64,000 nucleotides of DNA, from contig JBHGNT010000020.1 in assembly GCA_043228905.1 (NCBI GenBank), positions 3,162,001-3,226,000 on the forward strand, read 5' to 3'. The stretch comes from Azolla caroliniana (taxonomy: Eukaryota > Plantae > Polypodiophyta). Both the position numbers and the translations under genes were made by a program. Shown piece by piece: positions 60,056 through 64,000 of this stretch. The stretch's first letter is position 1; each line of letters opens with the position of its first letter. A model generated the notes under the pieces. The model was given only the letters and a program-made list of their open reading frames with translations. It searched no databases and was not told the origin of the DNA.

Positions 60056-60582
60056 TCGGAGATACACCTTCGATTACTCCCCTGAGTAATCAGGTCAACG
60101 AACCATGGTTACATAGGACAATATGATAGGGCCGAACATGCCCTATTGTTACGAAATGGCCGCTCGCAACCGGTCATATGACTTATGATTTATGAATAAG
60201 ACAAAACCGAAAAGTAAAAATGAAGATGGAAATGACACTGAAATGACCCAACAAAGTATATGTTTATATATTACTGCATGTACTAACGATTACACGGCTC
60301 ATGGACGATAGTACTGTTCTCTCTTCCTCTCCCTTATAAACATAATATATATATATATATTCTGCGCTCCCTTTTATCGTTGTTCCATGCTTTATATAGC
60401 TTCTGCTTCCCTTGGCACGCTCCAACTACTTCCGTCTGATTTATGACCTCTATTCTCATCTGCGCATATTTTGTTTAACTATTTCCCTTCACGTTCGGTT
60501 GATTCTCCTTTTCTCCTACTTTACCTACTCCTCTCTTTAGGTTCGTTTCACACCTTGTGCCCTTTGTCCCACAAATAACACC

Positions 60583-60621
60583 TGGCACACCCGTGGGATA
60601 GTGCCTTGCACGTCGAACCCA
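60583..60621 (+). promoter_or_regulatory. Inverted tRNA-Arg-type primer-binding site at the PPT position (element C)
   Basis: TAACA-cc-TGGCACACCCGTGGGATA-GTGCCTTGCAC-G-TCGAACCCA, same layout as 11041-11079. Confidence 0.8.
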
Positions 60622-60672
60622 AAAATCAAGAATTGAAATTGAGAAATGAGCTGAAAAATTGTTATTGTATAC

Positions 60673-63490
60673 TTAGTCTTCTTCCAAAATTGAGGTGACG
60701 CCTTCCGGTTGCTCCGACTCCCCTAGTTTGAGATCAACCATCAAATTGGTCCTTTGTTTCGTGGTCTCCTGGGCTTCCGGTCACTCTGCCAGCTCGTGAG
60801 TCACCTCCTCTTGTGTTGGCTCATCTGTGTGTAGCTCGACCGACAAATCGAGATGTTGTTCTATAATTCACATCGTGGCGTCCGTAGCCCCTTCCTCCTG
60901 CTTTGTCTTTGTGGGTTGTTCAACCACTTGTTCCCTTTCTAGGCTTGGGCGCGACCCCTCTTCTTCTATCAGCTCTTGGGTTGTTTCCTCGGTCGTTTAG
61001 GCCCTTGCTGCGGCTTCTGCTTCCTTCTCAACTCGGAGGCGTTCACGTTCATAGCCTTCGGTTTCAATCATGAGTAATAACTGATCATTGTTAAATTCTT
61101 CAAGGAGGTTTCCAATCGCCGTGGTGTGTGTTTGGTCCAAAGCTTGGAATTCCTTGGTGACATCTTCGCGGAGTATTTGAATGTTATTCTCGTCCATCTT
61201 GTAAAAGCTGCAACCCTCTTTTTTTCGATTTTCGGCGTTTGCTCAGAATATCTACAATTCGGCTGCTTGAGCCGACCATTCATTCCATCCGTGAGCTAGT
61301 GTCGTTTTGACTTTTTGATTCAGCTTTAGTCGGTGCTTTGCCACTACTGCCTTCACTTGGGATTAAACCATTTCATATTTGGCCTGGAGGGTGTCCGTTT
61401 CTTCTTTAGCCTTAGCGGCGTCCCGTTCAAGCTTGGCTTGAGGTTCTCCCACGATATTGTAACTCCAGCGAGCTTTGCCTCCATCTCCTTCGTATGCATG
61501 TTGTAGCATCGGAGGAGTCGATCCAAATTATTGGCTAACTACTACATATCTCGGTTCTGTTGTTGTTCGAGTTCTCAGGTCGCGGAGATTTGCAGCTAGT
61601 GAAGGGACTCCAATAATGCAGCTTCTCGGTTTCGTCTAACATGTGAAGGTGTTGAATTGAGAGAACTTGGAGTTCCAAGAGTTCGTTCTGCAGAGTTACG
61701 ATTTCTTTCAGATTTTTGACGAGCTGCCCGTTGATGCTCTTCCTCCACTTCCGCCAACTTTGCCATTGCGAAGTAGTTAGCGGCCTTGAGGGACGCGACA
61801 ACATTCTTTTCTGTCTCTTGGAGCTGGGCCGTTTGTGCATCGAGCAGCTGGAGTTTTGCTGCTTGTGCCCAGAGTTGATCAGCTTCTTTGTTGACAGCTT
61901 CATAGGGCTCCTTGGCTTTCTCGACAACCGCCCATTGTACCGTGAGCTCTTCGTCGACATTGCATGTGGAAACCTTGACCGTTTTTGTGGCTGGTACCGA
62001 GTCGTTTTGCTCGTCGTTTTGTGTGGACACATTCACATGATTGGAAGAGGGGGGTGGTAGGGTGAGAGGGTTGGTTTCCCCAGTTTCTTTGAGCCTTTGT
62101 TCAAACTCGATCAAGCGGTTTTCCGAGGCCTGCCATAATTCCGTAGGCATTTTGGCGTGTTTGCGTGCTTGTTTGCTGCTGACTGCCATATCTTTGGCAG
62201 CGCGGGTCAATTTATCCAATTTGCAATAAACCTCGACGAAGGCTGTGTTGAGGTCCGGTAGCTCGATCCGAGCACGCCGGGTTTTGGCTACGCGCTTCTG
62301 GCCGATCTTTTGTAGCTGCGTCTCCTCGTCCGATTCGAGCTCATTGGCTATCGCCTGTTGGACCATCTGTTGTTCGGCATGGTGTTGGCGTCCGATTCGA
62401 GCTCATTGGCTATCGCCTGTTGGACCATCTGTTGTTCGGCATGGTGTTGGGCCATGTGTGCCGTGACAACAACTTGGAGGCGGGCGAGGAAGTCGATTAA
62501 CTCGTACGGCATATCGTGTTGTAGGATCACACCGAGCTCGTAGGACTCGGCGGGCAAGTCATTGAAGGTCATTACTTCCTCATCTGAGAACCGGGAAGGT
62601 TGCCCTTGCTCCATATTTCCTGTTAAGGACAAGGCCTTATCCGTGAGAACATTGACGGTTTTGTCGGGAGCGACGACTAGTTGCAGGTTCTCAGCAGAAG
62701 AGTACCCTTGAGTTTTTCCTTCGTTGTGGCATTGTAACCTGCGACATTTCTTGGTTGGGCTCCTCTGTGTGTCCGCTGCTTCTTCTTGGAGCCGTTTCGG
62801 TTGCTCCACGGAGGACATTTCTACTATTGCCCGTGGTTGACCGAGTCTCCTTCTGGTGGTCCGGTCGTGAACTGGCCAATTTTAGTTTCGGTTTTTCCAC
62901 CACAACAGATTACTTAGGTTTTTCATGCCCTCTTATGCTAATACTGTCTTCAACTTCCTGGGTCTTGGCATTAGGTATCGGCAGTGGCTAGGTTTTCGTT
63001 TCGCCTGATTGGTTGGGGCGGGGAGGGTGAGGGTTTGATGGGGCGTGGTAGTGGATTGGGGAGGAATAAAGCTCATATAAGAAGTGTGCTAGCATAGGCA
63101 AGAACTGTTTTCCTGTCTGAGAAGCCGACAAGTTGGCGCAAACTCCTTCCCTTGTGATGATTCCCCAATCGAGTGCACCGACTCTGTAGGGGGTGATGAT
63201 TATTCCCGCCTTCTTCCCCTATGTACTATATGCTTTTGCCAACATCGAGTACTTCCCGAAATGTGCTTCAAGGACGGTCTGAGGCAGAGCCTCAATGTTA
63301 TGTTCTCCCCCACGTTGCAGGCCCAACACCGACCGGATCTGATTGTTGGTGATCATGTCAGGATGCATGCCACATTCGATCTCCTATGCGTCAGGGTGAG
63401 ACGGTGCATCGACTACTTGGAGGTATCCACCTAGACCGTGCCTGTTTAACCAAGTGAGGAGCTCCTTGGACACTTTGAGCGGGCATGGTT
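60673..63490 (-). pseudogene. Extra ORF2 of element C, fragmented
   Basis: WLNRHGLGGYLQV...AGIIITPY..GALDWGIIT...ELESDEE..IELPDLNTAFVEV; ends ILEED* at 60673. Confidence 0.75.
62327..62450. repeat. Exact 62-bp tandem duplication that frameshifts ORF2
   Basis: CGTCCGATTCGAGCTCATTGG...GGTGTTGG twice. Confidence 0.92.
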
Positions 63491-64000
63491 GTTTTGGAAG
63501 GTGGAGAGGAAGAATAGTTGTGGGGGTAGAGAGATGGGGAGTGAGAGCAAGCTTCTGTGCAGGGATTCTGAGAGCGAGAGAGCTTTGGTGTAGAAGGCAA
63601 GAGAGTGTGAGGGCTTTGTGTGTTTGTGCGTAAGTGAGTGTTGTGCTTGTGGTGCCTTCCTTTATGTATGTACCTCGACTCATAATCTTGCCTGCCATAA
63701 TAAGGTTTAAAGACCATGCGTCGAAAAACCGTTTGTACTTTCTTTTCTCGTGAGTCGTGCATGCTCCTTAAATACCTAACTTAGTGGGTCCTTTTTTTGC
63801 CCACATAGTATACAATTTCGGGGAGTAGGTGGGGTAATTATGGTGATTGGCCCCCGAGATCCTCTGTGGCACCTACCCTGGGCTGATCGTGGCCGTGTTG
63901 CTTACTGGCGAAAGGGTTTGGTGGGGTATGGTCGAGATATGGGTTTAACCAAAACCCATTGACCCATTTCGGCATGATGTCGCCAGTTAGTGTCCTGAGC

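Larger units (their letters stand above)
60060..64000 (-). mobile_element. Non-chromovirus Gypsy element C (3' part): integrase end, ORF2, 3' LTR (~60060-60580)
   Basis: GTLTGDIMPKWVNGF integrase end; ORF2 homologous to B; LTR boundary TAACA at 60580; CTATATAAAGC on the minus strand. Confidence 0.85.

Overview
This is eukaryotic, plant-type DNA made mostly of nested and decayed transposons. The Phygy-like and Athila/Selgy-like Gypsy elements suggest a non-seed plant such as a moss (inference). Main parts: (1) a full-length, slightly decayed Ty1/Copia element (726-6424, TSD AATGC) inside another Copia RT; (2) a patchwork of Copia/Gypsy fragments and a solo LTR (6.8-10.6 kb); (3) three diverged minus-strand non-chromovirus Gypsy elements (10.6-19.1, 19.1-26.4 and 60.1-64 kb), each with an extra coiled-coil ORF after pol; (4) a four-layer nest: unknown ORF > Copia-type solo LTR (TSD GTCTC) > chromovirus (TSD ACAAG) > ~10.8-kb Sola2-like DNA transposon that also carries a convergent spliced RING-H2 gene and TAGTAC-rich arrays; (5) a TIR element holding a ~1.35-kb foldback; (6) Phygy, LINE and Copia remnants; (7) one apparently intact small host gene (57409-57915). 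Most striking: both Gypsy copies whose 3' end is visible have no polypurine tract before the 3' LTR. In its place is an inverted, bipartite tRNA-Arg-type primer-binding site, which suggests tRNA-primed second-strand synthesis or an antisense genomic RNA. All alignments were done by eye and no database searches were run.
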